A DNA stretch of 64,000 nucleotides from Patescibacteria group bacterium (GTDB lineage Bacteria > Patescibacteriota > Microgenomatia > UBA8517), in NCBI GenBank assembly GCA_041742135.1, contig JBGSJG010000004.1, forward strand, positions 45,975 to 109,974, read 5' to 3'. The notes beneath the pieces are model-generated. The model saw only the letters and a list, made by a program, of their open reading frames with translations, was not told where the DNA came from and did not search any database. How positions within the stretch are numbered: position 1 is the first letter of the stretch; the number at the start of each line of letters is the position of its first letter. Below are positions 37,122 to 46,593 of this stretch, in pieces. The translations under genes were made by a program, and so were the position numbers.

Positions 37122-37124
37122 CTA

Positions 37125-37340
37125 ATGACAAAAGACGAAAAGAAAAAATACGACACTCTGGTAGAGGAACACAAGAAAGTTGCCGAGAAGTTAGAGTTTC
37201 TTCACAGAGGATTTCGGGGAGTGAGCCACGAAAATTCTGCTGCTGAGATGCGCTACACTACAATTCAGGTGTACGAAGCCCATCTTAAAAGTATCGAGGA
37301 AGCCATGAAACTACTGATTGCTGATGAGAAAAGCTTATAA
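37125..37340 (+). CDS. Small hypothetical helical protein
   Basis: 71 aa from ATG 37125. Confidence 0.55.
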   Translation: MTKDEKKKYDTLVEEHKKVAEKLEFLHRGFRGVSHENSAAEMRYTTIQVYEAHLKSIEEAMKLLIADEKSL

Positions 37341-38204
37341 CTCTTCTAGCCTTGGCGAGTGGCCACTTTCTTTTACGTTGGCAATTTGAAGATAGCGCTC
37401 TGTGGTTGATAGTCTTCTATGTCCTGCCGCTTGAGAAATAGTTACAAGGTCAACACCTCTTTTAATGTTTTCAATCAAAAAAGTGTTGCGAAGGTCGTTG
37501 ACCGAAAACTCAGAAAGCTCTGCTCTTTGAAGATATCTGTCAATTAAGGCTCGAATATTTCTTATTGCTAGTGGGTTGCCCGTTTTACTGACGAATAAAT
37601 AAGGAGAAGTAGCATCGCTTCGCTCGCGAAGATAATCCTCAATTGCGGCTCTGGCGGTTTTATTTAGAGGAATTCTGCGCTCTGGTTGAGTAGCATATGC
37701 GTCGATAACCACTTCATCCCTTTTAACATCAGACACTTTTAAGTTTGCAACTTCCGATATTCGCATGCCAGTCTGAAGAATTAGTTCAATCATTGCAGCG
37801 ACTTTACGGTCATATTTTGCTGTATCACGAAGCGATCGGTACTCAATGGGGGACAAATATCCGGGCTCTGGGGCGTTAATTTCTGGGTGGCTTACTTCGC
37901 GCGACGGATCTTCCTCGATGTAGCCTTCATCTTTTACCCAACGGAAAAAAGTTTTCACCGCGTTAAGTTTTCGCGATGTCGATTTTGGGGTATATTTATG
38001 AGACAAAAGATGATCACGAAAACCCTCCAAGTCTCGCAAGGTTATGTTTCTCGGGTCGACAACGCTCTTGTGGCTCAAGTATTCAGTTAGCTGTTCCAAA
38101 TCGGAGCCATAAGCTAGAATGGTGGAAGGGGAGCGCTTTTTGTCTGTAAGTTCTTGAATAAATCTTGGCACAAGGTCGCCTAAAGTGACGCTAAATTGGT
38201 TCAT
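37335..38204 (-). CDS. XerC/XerD-like tyrosine recombinase
   Basis: SAM-like N-domain (SPSTILAYGSDL), TGMRISE, DLRNTF, GHRRLSTTERY. Confidence 0.9.
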   Translation of the reverse strand: MNQFSVTLGDLVPRFIQELTDKKRSPSTILAYGSDLEQLTEYLSHKSVVDPRNITLRDLEGFRDHLLSHKYTPKSTSRKLNAVKTFFRWVKDEGYIEEDPSREVSHPEINAPEPGYLSPIEYRSLRDTAKYDRKVAAMIELILQTGMRISEVANLKVSDVKRDEVVIDAYATQPERRIPLNKTARAAIEDYLRERSDATSPYLFVSKTGNPLAIRNIRALIDRYLQRAELSEFSVNDLRNTFLIENIKRGVDLVTISQAAGHRRLSTTERYLQIANVKESGHSPRLEEL

Positions 38205-38306
38205 TTTAAATTACTATATACATTTGATGATACCATATTACTATTCGCAGTCAACATTATGGGACAGAAATATTCTTGTAGTAAATTACTATAAACAATA
38301 AATACC

Positions 38307-38666
38307 ATGAAAAAATTTTCATCGGCGGTACTGATTTTTGTATCATTTTTATTGATATTGTCCTTCGCCAGAGGTGTTTTTAGGCTTATCTCATCAAGAG
38401 ATAAAATTGACAAAGCACGGGAGCGACTTTCACAACTACAGGTAGAAAAAGAACAGCTGACTACCAAGCTCAAAGAAATAAACTCGGATACTTTTAAAGA
38501 GGTTCAGTTGAGGGACAATCTTGGCTTGGCAAGGGAAGAGGAGACTGTGGTGGTCCTTCCGAGCGAAGATGTTCTTCGCAAGCTTTCACCCAGAATTCAA
38601 AAGGAACAACTACAAAAAGAAGATAAGCCCATTTGGCAAAAATGGGTTGATTTATTTACTGAATAG
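38307..38666 (+). CDS. Septum formation initiator (FtsB/DivIC family)
   Basis: TM plus coiled coil; LRDNLGLAREEETVVV. Confidence 0.85.
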   Translation: MKKFSSAVLIFVSFLLILSFARGVFRLISSRDKIDKARERLSQLQVEKEQLTTKLKEINSDTFKEVQLRDNLGLAREEETVVVLPSEDVLRKLSPRIQKEQLQKEDKPIWQKWVDLFTE

Positions 38667-38709
38667 TCCTTCGACTGCCTGCCTGTGCAGGCGGGCGCTC
38701 AGGACGACT
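38665..38709. repeat. Composite REP with nested 18-bp palindrome variant (38678-38695)
   Basis: AGTCCTTCGACTG-CCTGCCTGTGCAGGCGGG-CGCTCAGGACGACT. Confidence 0.8.
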
Positions 38710-38719
38710 CCGTCGTCGG

Positions 38720-38789
38720 TTGCGGGGCCGGGAGTCGCGCCCGGCCTAGGAGATTATGAGCCTCCTGTGCAACTCTACACTACCCCGCA
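38720..38789 (-). tRNA. tRNA-Met(CAU), atypical, initiator-like
   Basis: TGCGGGG/CCCCGCA-A, GGAGG-CTCATAA-TCTCC, CCGGG-CGCGACT-CCCGG; non-canonical T loop. Confidence 0.8.
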
Positions 38790-38844
38790 TATCACCCTCA
38801 ATTGTTTTCAAGGGTGTCCTATTATACCTCGAAGTGTAAAGATG

Positions 38845-38904
38845 GCAAAACAAGTTTGAGTTTGGAAGCTCAAAAAGGTAAAATTGACTCACGTCAGGGT
38901 AGCT
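38845..38904 (+). repeat. 60-bp direct repeat, copy 1 (promoter plus first 12 nt of tRNA)
   Basis: Identical to 40574-40633; contains TTGAGT-17 nt-TAAAAT. Confidence 0.92.
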
Positions 38905-38964
38905 AACTCCGAAGAGATAGGGGCTCATAATCACTAGGTTGGAGTTCGATCCTTTCCCTTGATA
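38893..38964 (+). pseudogene. Degenerate tRNA(CAU)
   Basis: Acceptor GTCAGGG/CCTTGAT, loop CTCATAA and GTTCGATC retained; D arm lost, anticodon and T stems mismatched. Confidence 0.7.
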
Positions 38965-38970
38965 CAAAAC

Positions 38971-40464
38971 ATGACCGACACCGAAGAGCCAACAGTAGCT
39001 AATAACACGATAAGTAGGCGAACTTTTCTTAAAATGGCGGTTGCTACTGGCGCAGGATTGTTGGCTTCTTGTGTTCCAGGTTCCACTGAACCCAGCACTT
39101 CAACTCCGACTCCAGAACCTTCTCGGACACCAACTATTGCACCTCCAACTCACGAGCCGACGCCAACAGAAACTCCTGACCCGATTGAGCGTTATAACGA
39201 GTTAAAAGAAATGGACGTCACTGAATTGGATTTGGACGAAGCTCTGAATATCGTAAATGAATCGTATAGAGCAATTACGGCCAGAGATAGAACGCAGATT
39301 GCGTTTGACGAGGACTCTTTTGCTTTTGACAGAAGTGTGCCGGCAATAGACGAGAGAAGAAGAGAACGAGTTCGTGGCCAAAAGCAGACTTTGCAGTATC
39401 TTAAAAATGCAATGTTTGCTTTGGATGAAATTAGAAAAGAGGCCGATGCTGAGCAATATATTTATTCCACGCGCCATCAGAGAATCGTACTGGTGAATGA
39501 TCAAGGAATGGAAACCGGTGCAGGGAGGACATCTTTCAGCGTTAATCAGCCATACGAAGACGTTCAGATTCGTTTTAACGAGAGAATGGATCAAGAGGTT
39601 GCGGCAAACGAGCTGGTTCCGGCCATGCTTTGGCCAGGGCAGATTCCTCAGGGGGAGCCACCCTCTTATAATGCTGATGAATGGGACCTGTTATCCAGTT
39701 TTCTTCATGTCGCGATTGCGGAGAAACTGGGTATTGATAACCAGTTTGAAAGAGTTGCTCAAAATCAGTTCGGAGTTGTTTTTCCAGAAGGACAAGATTT
39801 AAGAAGCACTGGTGAATTTTACGGCTTGCAAACGGTTGGACTCTCGCAAGAAAACAGAAACGCCCTGTCCTATTTTAACGAAGCGTACCATTTAGTTATA
39901 TTTAATCGGATGCGGGCAGCGGGAATTGAAGCCACAGATATATTAAAAGCACTCGATGAAATTTGGATGGCCGATCGGAGCTATTGGATAGATAGTGGGC
40001 AATTTGAGCAAACAAGACAAGACCTTTCGCAAGCGAGTATTTATGAAAGAGATTTTGAAGGAAGTAGTGATAAGCCGTTCTCAACTGTATTCGCGATCCA
40101 AGTTTGGGGGGAAAATGGTATTCGACTCATATCGACTCGGCGCAATAACGTTGAAGTTACTTTAGGTGTTGATCCGAGTAACCCTCGTGAAGCTGGGCTT
40201 TATTGGCCTCAAAACGACTATTTTAGAGTTGAGAGGGGAGATGGTGAAATTCTTTATGAGGGTGGTGGCTATCAAGAATTGCCTCAAAGTACAGATAATG
40301 AGTTGAACTTTGTTCGACTACAAGAAATACCTAACGTGTCTCCGGGAGAAAAATTGAAAATCATTCATCGAGAGGCACGATTCAATCCAGAAAATGGTGC
40401 TTTTGAGGATGTTTCTGAGGGAGACAAAGAGTATGAAGTATTGGCACCTCGGTGGATTAATTAA
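38971..40464 (+). CDS. Tat-signal lipoprotein, hypothetical
   Basis: SRRTFLK plus lipobox LLASC, PT-rich linker. Confidence 0.75.
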   Translation: MTDTEEPTVANNTISRRTFLKMAVATGAGLLASCVPGSTEPSTSTPTPEPSRTPTIAPPTHEPTPTETPDPIERYNELKEMDVTELDLDEALNIVNESYRAITARDRTQIAFDEDSFAFDRSVPAIDERRRERVRGQKQTLQYLKNAMFALDEIRKEADAEQYIYSTRHQRIVLVNDQGMETGAGRTSFSVNQPYEDVQIRFNERMDQEVAANELVPAMLWPGQIPQGEPPSYNADEWDLLSSFLHVAIAEKLGIDNQFERVAQNQFGVVFPEGQDLRSTGEFYGLQTVGLSQENRNALSYFNEAYHLVIFNRMRAAGIEATDILKALDEIWMADRSYWIDSGQFEQTRQDLSQASIYERDFEGSSDKPFSTVFAIQVWGENGIRLISTRRNNVEVTLGVDPSNPREAGLYWPQNDYFRVERGDGEILYEGGGYQELPQSTDNELNFVRLQEIPNVSPGEKLKIIHREARFNPENGAFEDVSEGDKEYEVLAPRWIN

Positions 40465-40573
40465 TTTCACGAACTGAAAGGGTCGCAAAATTATTTTTGT
40501 CCTATCGAGAAGAGTTTGTTTCGGAGTATGGAATGCTTGTCGAATGCGCCATACGCCTCTTAGTTCAAATTAC

Positions 40574-40633
40574 GCAAAACAAGTTTGAGTTTGGAAGCTC
40601 AAAAAGGTAAAATTGACTCACGTCAGGGTAGCT
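40574..40633 (+). repeat. 60-bp direct repeat, copy 2
   Basis: Identical to 38845-38904. Confidence 0.92.
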
Positions 40634-40695
40634 CAGCTGGTTAGAGCACAGCATTCATAACGCTGCGGTCGTGGGTTCGAATCCCACCCCTGACA
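40622..40695 (+). tRNA. tRNA(CAU), probably elongator tRNA-Met
   Basis: GTCAGGG/CCCTGAC-A, GCTC/GAGC, CAGCA-TTCATAA-CGCTG, GTGGG-TTCGAAT-CCCAC. Confidence 0.92.
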
Positions 40696-40729
40696 CTTTA
40701 TTTTTTCCGTTTACGGTATAAAATTGCTT

Positions 40730-41014
40730 ATGTCTTCCTTTGATAATTTTAAACACGACGAACATCCACGCATGGGTGACACCCTGACTCTAAACACCAA
40801 CGGCATTGATTTCGTTAATGTGATTCTTGAACCAGCAGGAGACACTGTAACCAGCCCATACAAGGTAACTCATGGAGGAGAATTGCCTGATGGTTCAGTT
40901 TGGATGAACTTTGGAGATTGTTGTGGCTGGACAAAACCGGGCTTTGAATTAAAAGAATTTAGCAGAGACTTGTTTGTTTGCATGTCAGTACCGGCAGGAA
41001 CAGAAAGAAGATGA
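40730..41014 (+). CDS. Hypothetical protein
   Basis: 94-aa ORF between the tRNA and trpS. Confidence 0.5.
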   Translation: MSSFDNFKHDEHPRMGDTLTLNTNGIDFVNVILEPAGDTVTSPYKVTHGGELPDGSVWMNFGDCCGWTKPGFELKEFSRDLFVCMSVPAGTERR

Positions 41015-41061
41015 ATTGGCTCACTCTTTAAATAACTTCTAATCTAAGCTACTATTGACCC

Positions 41062-42042
41062 ATGGATAAAGTGATTTTTTCTGGCATTAAGCCTTCAGGA
41101 AAACCTCATTTGGGCAATTATATTGGTGCTATTAAACACTGGGCCACAGACCAAGGTGTGGGTAAGCAATATTTTTGTATTGTCGATCTGCACGCGATAA
41201 CCGTTGAGCAAGACCCAGTGGAGCTCAAAGAAAACGCCTTGGAATTGGCGGGGCTACTTTTAGCCTGTGGAATTGATCCTGAAAAGTCTACACTGTTTAT
41301 TCAGTCCCATAACCCCGATCACGCTAATTTGGGCTGGATATTAAACTGCTACACCTCAATGGGGCAGATGAGCCGCATGACTCAATACAAGGAGAAAAGT
41401 GAAGGCCGTGAATTTGTAAGTGTTGGATTGTTTGATTATCCAGCTTTGATGGCCGCCGACATTCTCTTGTATGACACAACAGAAGTGCCAATTGGAGATG
41501 ATCAAAAGCAGCACGTTGAGCTTACTCGCGATATTGCCCAGCGTTTTAATGCTCGTCACGGTGAAACATTTTTTTTGCCAGAACCGATAATTCCTAAAAT
41601 GGGTGCTAGGATAATGAGCTTGTCAGATCCAACAAAAAAGATGAGTAAAAGCATTACTGATCCATCAGGAACTATTAATTTAACTGATTCAGCTGATGAA
41701 ATAAGAAAAAAGATAATGTCAGCTGTTACTGATAATGAAAATCTTGTAGCTTTTGATGAAGCAAGACCTGGGATTTCCAATTTAATGCAAATTTTTAGTC
41801 AGACCACTGGTAAAAATATGCAAGAAATCGAGAGTGAATTTGGAACTAGTGGTTATGGCGATTTCAAAAAAGCAGTGGCAGAGTCAGTAATTCTTGCTTT
41901 GGATCCAATTCAAAAGAGATATGAAGAACTAAGAAGTAACGGTGCTCTTGAGGAAATTCTAAGAAAGGCAGCTGAGGGAGCATATGCCGTATCTCATAAA
42001 AAACTTACCGAGGTTTATCGTAAAATTGGCTTTATCGAATAA
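41062..42042 (+). CDS. trpS: Tryptophan--tRNA ligase
   Basis: HLGN, YPALMAADIL, GDDQKQH, KMSKS. Confidence 0.98.
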   Translation: MDKVIFSGIKPSGKPHLGNYIGAIKHWATDQGVGKQYFCIVDLHAITVEQDPVELKENALELAGLLLACGIDPEKSTLFIQSHNPDHANLGWILNCYTSMGQMSRMTQYKEKSEGREFVSVGLFDYPALMAADILLYDTTEVPIGDDQKQHVELTRDIAQRFNARHGETFFLPEPIIPKMGARIMSLSDPTKKMSKSITDPSGTINLTDSADEIRKKIMSAVTDNENLVAFDEARPGISNLMQIFSQTTGKNMQEIESEFGTSGYGDFKKAVAESVILALDPIQKRYEELRSNGALEEILRKAAEGAYAVSHKKLTEVYRKIGFIE

Positions 42043-42404
42043 TGGACGAAATTACATTTGATCAATTTCAGGCGATTGATATCCGAATTGGAACAGTTAC
42101 CGAAGCCTCAGTTCCCGAGTGGAGCCATTGGGTGATGAAGTTGACGGTAGATTTGGGTGAAGAAATCGGGACAAGAATCATTTTTTCGGGAATCATGAAT
42201 TTTTATAAACCGGAAGAATTGGTGGGCAGACAGTTTCCCTTCGTTGTTAATTTGAAACCCAAAAAGATAGGTCCAGCAGGGGATTTCTCCCAAGGCATGA
42301 TGCTTATGGCCGTTGTTCCGGATGAATCCGGAGAACCGGAAAAAGAATTACCGGTGTTACTGGGTATTGAAAAGAAGGTTCCAGACGGTTCAAAAGTGAG
42401 GTAA
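42042..42404 (+). CDS. OB-fold tRNA-binding protein (Trbp111/CsaA/MetRS-C family)
   Basis: ITFDQF..IDIRIG, VVNLKPKK, SQGMML. Confidence 0.88.
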   Translation: MDEITFDQFQAIDIRIGTVTEASVPEWSHWVMKLTVDLGEEIGTRIIFSGIMNFYKPEELVGRQFPFVVNLKPKKIGPAGDFSQGMMLMAVVPDESGEPEKELPVLLGIEKKVPDGSKVR

Positions 42405-42446
42405 GTTGCGCTCGCAATAGTGAACTTCGAATGATATAATCCCACT

Positions 42447-44288
42447 GTGGCGAAAAAGAAAAGAATTGAGCTTAAATTCAAGATAAATCTTTGGAGAATC
42501 GCGATTGTTGGCCTCTTCGTGCTTTTCATGGCTCCCTTCGTTTTGGCCATGTTTCAGACCAGAATTGATAATTCTAAAATCGACCTTTCACAAGCTTTAG
42601 TGGACATTAAAGAAGGAAAAGTTGAAACTGTGGAAGTTGAAAGCGAAAGCCTGACTTTAATTTACAAAGACGGTGAAGAAAAGACCACTGTTAAAGAGGC
42701 GACAGTTAGCTTCCCAGAACTTCTAGACACCTCTGGAATTGAGCCTCAAAACGTTAAATACACAGTGAGTGACCAAACTGTCTCCCGAGCTTTGGGCGAA
42801 ATTATGGGCATAGTTTTGCCTCTACTTATTATGGCTGTGATATTTATTGTAATTTTTAGAATGCAATCCCGTGGGGCTCAGGAAATTTTTAGCTTCGGCA
42901 GAAGCAAGGCAAAGCTCTTTGCAAAAGGTAAGCAATCTGTAACTTTTAAAGACGTAGCAGGAGTCGATGATGCTAAAAAAGAACTTGAAGAGGTCGTCGA
43001 CTTTTTGAAAAATCCACTTAAATATCGAAAAATAGGAGCACGAACTCCCAAAGGCGTACTTTTGTTTGGACCAGCCGGAGTTGGTAAAACTCTTTTAGCT
43101 CGTGCGGTTGCCGGGGAGGCAGGAGTGCCTTTCTTCTCGATGGCCGGGTCCGAATTTATGGAAATGCTTGTTGGAGTGGGGGCTTCCCGTGTACGTGATT
43201 TATTTGCTCAAGCTAAAGCAAGTGCACCAGCAATAATTTTCATCGATGAAATAGACGCTATTGGCAGGCAGCGTGGGCGTGGCGTTATGGGTGGGCACGA
43301 TGAGCGCGAGCAAACCTTGAACCAGATACTAGTCGAGATGGATGGCTTTACTCCCAATGACAACGTAGCAGTTATTGCAGCAACTAACAGGGGAGATTTA
43401 CTTGATCCGGCTCTTCTTCGCCCCGGCCGTTTTGATCGAAGAGTGGTTTTGGATATGCCTGACAAAGATGGCAGGCTTGCAATACTCCATATTCACGCAC
43501 GAGGAAAGAAGTTTGGTAAAGGCATAAAGTGGGAGAAAATTTCTGATCGGACAGTTGGCTTTTCTGGGGCGGATCTGGAAAACATGCTTAATGAAGCTGC
43601 GATTGCCGCGGCGCGTGAAGATAAAGATGCTATAAGCATGAGCGAAATTGAGGAAGCGGCTACTAAGGTAAAACTTGGGCCGGCTAAAAAGAGGCTTCAG
43701 TCAGAAGAAGACAAAAAAATAACGGCTTATCACGAAGCGGGGCATGCAATAGTGACGCATTATTTGCCTAAAACCGATCCGGTTCAGAGGATTTCCATTG
43801 TTGCTCGTGGAATGAGCTTGGGCCACACACTGATTCCTCCGGCCGCTGATCGCACTCATGAGACCCGCAGCCGTCTCTTGGATCAAATTGCCGCAATGCT
43901 TGGTGGTCGTGCTGCGGAAGAAGTGGTATTTAACGAAATGACAGCCGGAGCTTCAAATGATATTGAGCACGCCACAACGGTAGCCCGCGCAATGGTTGAG
44001 GACTTTGGAATGAGCGCCTTGGGACCGGTTAACTTTGGCTCAACTTCAGAGGAGCTGGCAACAGCTATGCCTTGGGAAGGTGGGGATTTGTCTGACTCCA
44101 TGAGAGAGAAAATTGACAAAGAGGTTTCAGGAATTATCGAAGCAGGCCGCAAAAAAGCTATTGAGATCGTCAAAAAGAATAGAAAAATGCTTGATAAGGT
44201 TGCACTGGCCTTGCTTGAGAAAGAAACTCTTGATCAGGATGATTTTGAAAAAATCGTTGGGAAAAAGAAAAACGGCGAAGAAAAGTAA
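42447..44288 (+). CDS. ftsH: ATP-dependent zinc metalloprotease FtsH
   Basis: Two [28 protein letters not shown]. Confidence 0.98.
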   Translation: MAKKKRIELKFKINLWRIAIVGLFVLFMAPFVLAMFQTRIDNSKIDLSQALVDIKEGKVETVEVESESLTLIYKDGEEKTTVKEATVSFPELLDTSGIEPQNVKYTVSDQTVSRALGEIMGIVLPLLIMAVIFIVIFRMQSRGAQEIFSFGRSKAKLFAKGKQSVTFKDVAGVDDAKKELEEVVDFLKNPLKYRKIGARTPKGVLLFGPAGVGKTLLARAVAGEAGVPFFSMAGSEFMEMLVGVGASRVRDLFAQAKASAPAIIFIDEIDAIGRQRGRGVMGGHDEREQTLNQILVEMDGFTPNDNVAVIAATNRGDLLDPALLRPGRFDRRVVLDMPDKDGRLAILHIHARGKKFGKGIKWEKISDRTVGFSGADLENMLNEAAIAAAREDKDAISMSEIEEAATKVKLGPAKKRLQSEEDKKITAYHEAGHAIVTHYLPKTDPVQRISIVARGMSLGHTLIPPAADRTHETRSRLLDQIAAMLGGRAAEEVVFNEMTAGASNDIEHATTVARAMVEDFGMSALGPVNFGSTSEELATAMPWEGGDLSDSMREKIDKEVSGIIEAGRKKAIEIVKKNRKMLDKVALALLEKETLDQDDFEKIVGKKKNGEEK

Positions 44289-44316
44289 GACCTGGACTCT
44301 GCTAAAATAGCTTCAG

Positions 44317-45210
44317 ATGAATAAATTAGTAATTTTTGATGGCAATGCCATAATGCACCGGGCATATCATGCATTGCCACCCTTAAACGCCAGAAATGGT
44401 GAGCCAATAAATGCAGTTTATGGGCTCATTTCCATGCTTCTTAAGGTAATTGAAGACATCCGCCCGACACATATTATTTTTGCATTTGACCGCCCTGAGC
44501 CGACATTCAGAAAAAAAATACTAGAAAGCTATCAAGCCCAGCGACCCGAGATGGAAGCGGAACTGTCTTCTCAATTTAAAAAAGCCCAAGACGTGCTTCG
44601 TGCCTTTGGAGTTCCGGTTTATGACAAGGCAGGCTTTGAAGCAGATGATGTAATTGGAACTATTGCGAAAAAAATCAAAAACGAGGAAGTGCTAATTGTG
44701 ACTGGAGACCGTGATATGCTGCAGTTGGTACATAAAAATATTAAGCTTTACATGCCAGTTAAGGGTTTGACGGATGCACGGGAGTTTGGAGACGCCGAAA
44801 CAATTGAGCGAATGGGCGTGCCACCAGATCAAATTGTTGATTTTAAAGCACTTGTTGGAGACCCTTCAGACAACTATAAAGGTGTTCCTGGAATTGGTCC
44901 TAAAACTGCCATCAGCTTGTTGGAAAAGTATAAAAATCTCGACGACATTTACGAGCATCTTGCCGAACTACCTCCAAAAATTAAAGAAAAACTTGTGATG
45001 CATAAAGACTCGGCGTATCAGTCCCAAACTCTTGCGCGAATTGTCACAGATGTGGAAATTAATTTTGATTTAGATAGCGCAAAAGCATGGAATCTTTATT
45101 CTGGCGAAGTAGATAAATTATTTGAGCAAATCGGCTTTAGAACGCTAAGCCGCAGAGTGAAAGAAGTGGGGAAAAAGTTAGTTGACGAAAAACAAATGAG
45201 TTTGTTGTGA
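44317..45210 (+). CDS. Standalone 5'-3' exonuclease (PolA N-terminal domain)
   Basis: FDGNAIMHRAYHA, EADDVIGT, TGDRD, GDPSDN..GVPGIGPKTA. Confidence 0.92.
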   Translation: MNKLVIFDGNAIMHRAYHALPPLNARNGEPINAVYGLISMLLKVIEDIRPTHIIFAFDRPEPTFRKKILESYQAQRPEMEAELSSQFKKAQDVLRAFGVPVYDKAGFEADDVIGTIAKKIKNEEVLIVTGDRDMLQLVHKNIKLYMPVKGLTDAREFGDAETIERMGVPPDQIVDFKALVGDPSDNYKGVPGIGPKTAISLLEKYKNLDDIYEHLAELPPKIKEKLVMHKDSAYQSQTLARIVTDVEINFDLDSAKAWNLYSGEVDKLFEQIGFRTLSRRVKEVGKKLVDEKQMSLL

Positions 45211-45224
45211 AATAAAATATAAAA

Positions 45225-46328
45225 ATGAAAATTGCACTTGTGCACGATTATCTACGCGATCTAGGGGGAGCTGAGCGGGTACTTTTGGCCTTAAGTGATA
45301 TTTATCCCGAGGCGCCGATTTATACGGCTTTTTACAGCAAAAATTCTCCTGCTGGCGAAGTGTTTGCCAAGAAAACAATTCACGAAAGCGCGTTTGCGCC
45401 ACTACTTAAAATTTGGCGGCTTTATAGCCCTTTGCGCTTTTTACTTCCTTGGATTTGGGGGAGTATTGATTTGTCTGATTATGATTTGGTGATAACTTCG
45501 TGTTCCAACTACATTGCCCGTGGCTTTAAGGTAGGGAAAAACACAAAAGTTGTAGCTTATTGCCACACTCCACCAAGATTTTTATATGGAATGAAAACTG
45601 GGTATGATTGGAAAAAGAACTTTTTTACCAGAATGTACGGCTTGGTTGTCGCACATTTTTTAAGAGTTTTTGATTGGGAGAGCGCACAAAAAATTGATCA
45701 CTGGATTGTAAATTCCGAAAATGTTCGCGCTCGTGTTAAAAAATATTACAGAAAAGATGCTGTAGTTATATACCCCCCGATAGAAACCGAGAAGCTCTCG
45801 CGTGCCACCCAGGGAGTTACGAAAGAAAATTATTTTTTGATAGTTGCCCGGCTTGTTGGTTCCAAGGGTTTGGAAGAGGCAATTGTTGCGGCGAATGAGC
45901 TTGATGTTCCTCTTAAAGTTGTCGGGGACGCCGATGGCTTTACGGCTGTGGCAAATAGGCTTAGAGGAATTGGTAAAAGTAATGTAGAGTTTGTTGGAAG
46001 AGTGAATGACGAGAAGCTTTGGAAATTATATGCCAAAGCTCGCGGTTTTATAGCTTTAGCGCGGGATGAGGATTTTGGCATGACTGTTGTAGAAGCTCAA
46101 GCGGCAGGTACGCCGGTTATCGCCTTTAATGGCGGCGGGTTTACAGAGAGCATAATCGATGGTAAAACAGGTATTTTTGTCAACGACACTGATGTCGCAA
46201 CTCTCAAAAAGGCTTTTAAGCGCTTTAGTCAAATAAAGTGGGACAAAAAAGTAATAATGAAAAATGCTGATAGATTCGGAGTAGCGAGATTTGAGAGAGA
46301 AATTAAGCAGCTTGTGGAAGCTGTTTAA
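45225..46328 (+). CDS. GT4 glycosyltransferase
   Basis: HDYL..LGGAERVL, YCHTPPR, EDFGMTVVEAQAAG. Confidence 0.92.
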   Translation: MKIALVHDYLRDLGGAERVLLALSDIYPEAPIYTAFYSKNSPAGEVFAKKTIHESAFAPLLKIWRLYSPLRFLLPWIWGSIDLSDYDLVITSCSNYIARGFKVGKNTKVVAYCHTPPRFLYGMKTGYDWKKNFFTRMYGLVVAHFLRVFDWESAQKIDHWIVNSENVRARVKKYYRKDAVVIYPPIETEKLSRATQGVTKENYFLIVARLVGSKGLEEAIVAANELDVPLKVVGDADGFTAVANRLRGIGKSNVEFVGRVNDEKLWKLYAKARGFIALARDEDFGMTVVEAQAAGTPVIAFNGGGFTESIIDGKTGIFVNDTDVATLKKAFKRFSQIKWDKKVIMKNADRFGVARFEREIKQLVEAV

Positions 46329-46593
46329 TTTTTTCGACATGTGCATTAAGTTCTGCCAGGTCGGTAATTCCATCCATTACATTTATCAGAGTCCGATCGA
46401 CTCCATATTCGACCACATTCCCTTCGGCGTCAACAAAAGACTGGAGTGGGGTAAAAAGCTCAAGCAGCCCTTTTCTCTCTAAGGTCTTATGCTGGGCGTT
46501 TTCCACATCTGCAATTTTCTCAGGATCACTCATTCGTGTTTCGATTAAGATAGCATGAGTCTCGCGGCGAAATTGTTCGAATGTAATTTCCCC
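46303..46593 (-). pseudogene. 3' half of a disrupted HExxH host gene
   Basis: Joins in frame to 49080-49592 across the reconstructed attB (YDR|GEITFEQFRRETHA). Confidence 0.75.

Noticed and set aside
36909-37246. ORFs 36909..37094 and 36974..37246
   Set aside because: Shadow translations of tRNA sequence (VGHDGVEPS, WAWKESNLR).
34493-38204. Conjugative element (ATPase plus integrase at a tRNA)
   Set aside because: No relaxase, mating-pair genes or bounding att pair. Such ATPases and Xer proteins are usual chromosomal genes in CPR.
38521-38967. ORFs 38521..38859 and 38746..38967
   Set aside because: They overlap tRNA genes and repeats, with typical tRNA shadow peptides.
40465-40570. Possible c-di-GMP riboswitch or ncRNA (GAAAGGGTCGCAAAA)
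   Set aside because: Only a partial motif and short stems; the required P1/P2 architecture is not evident.
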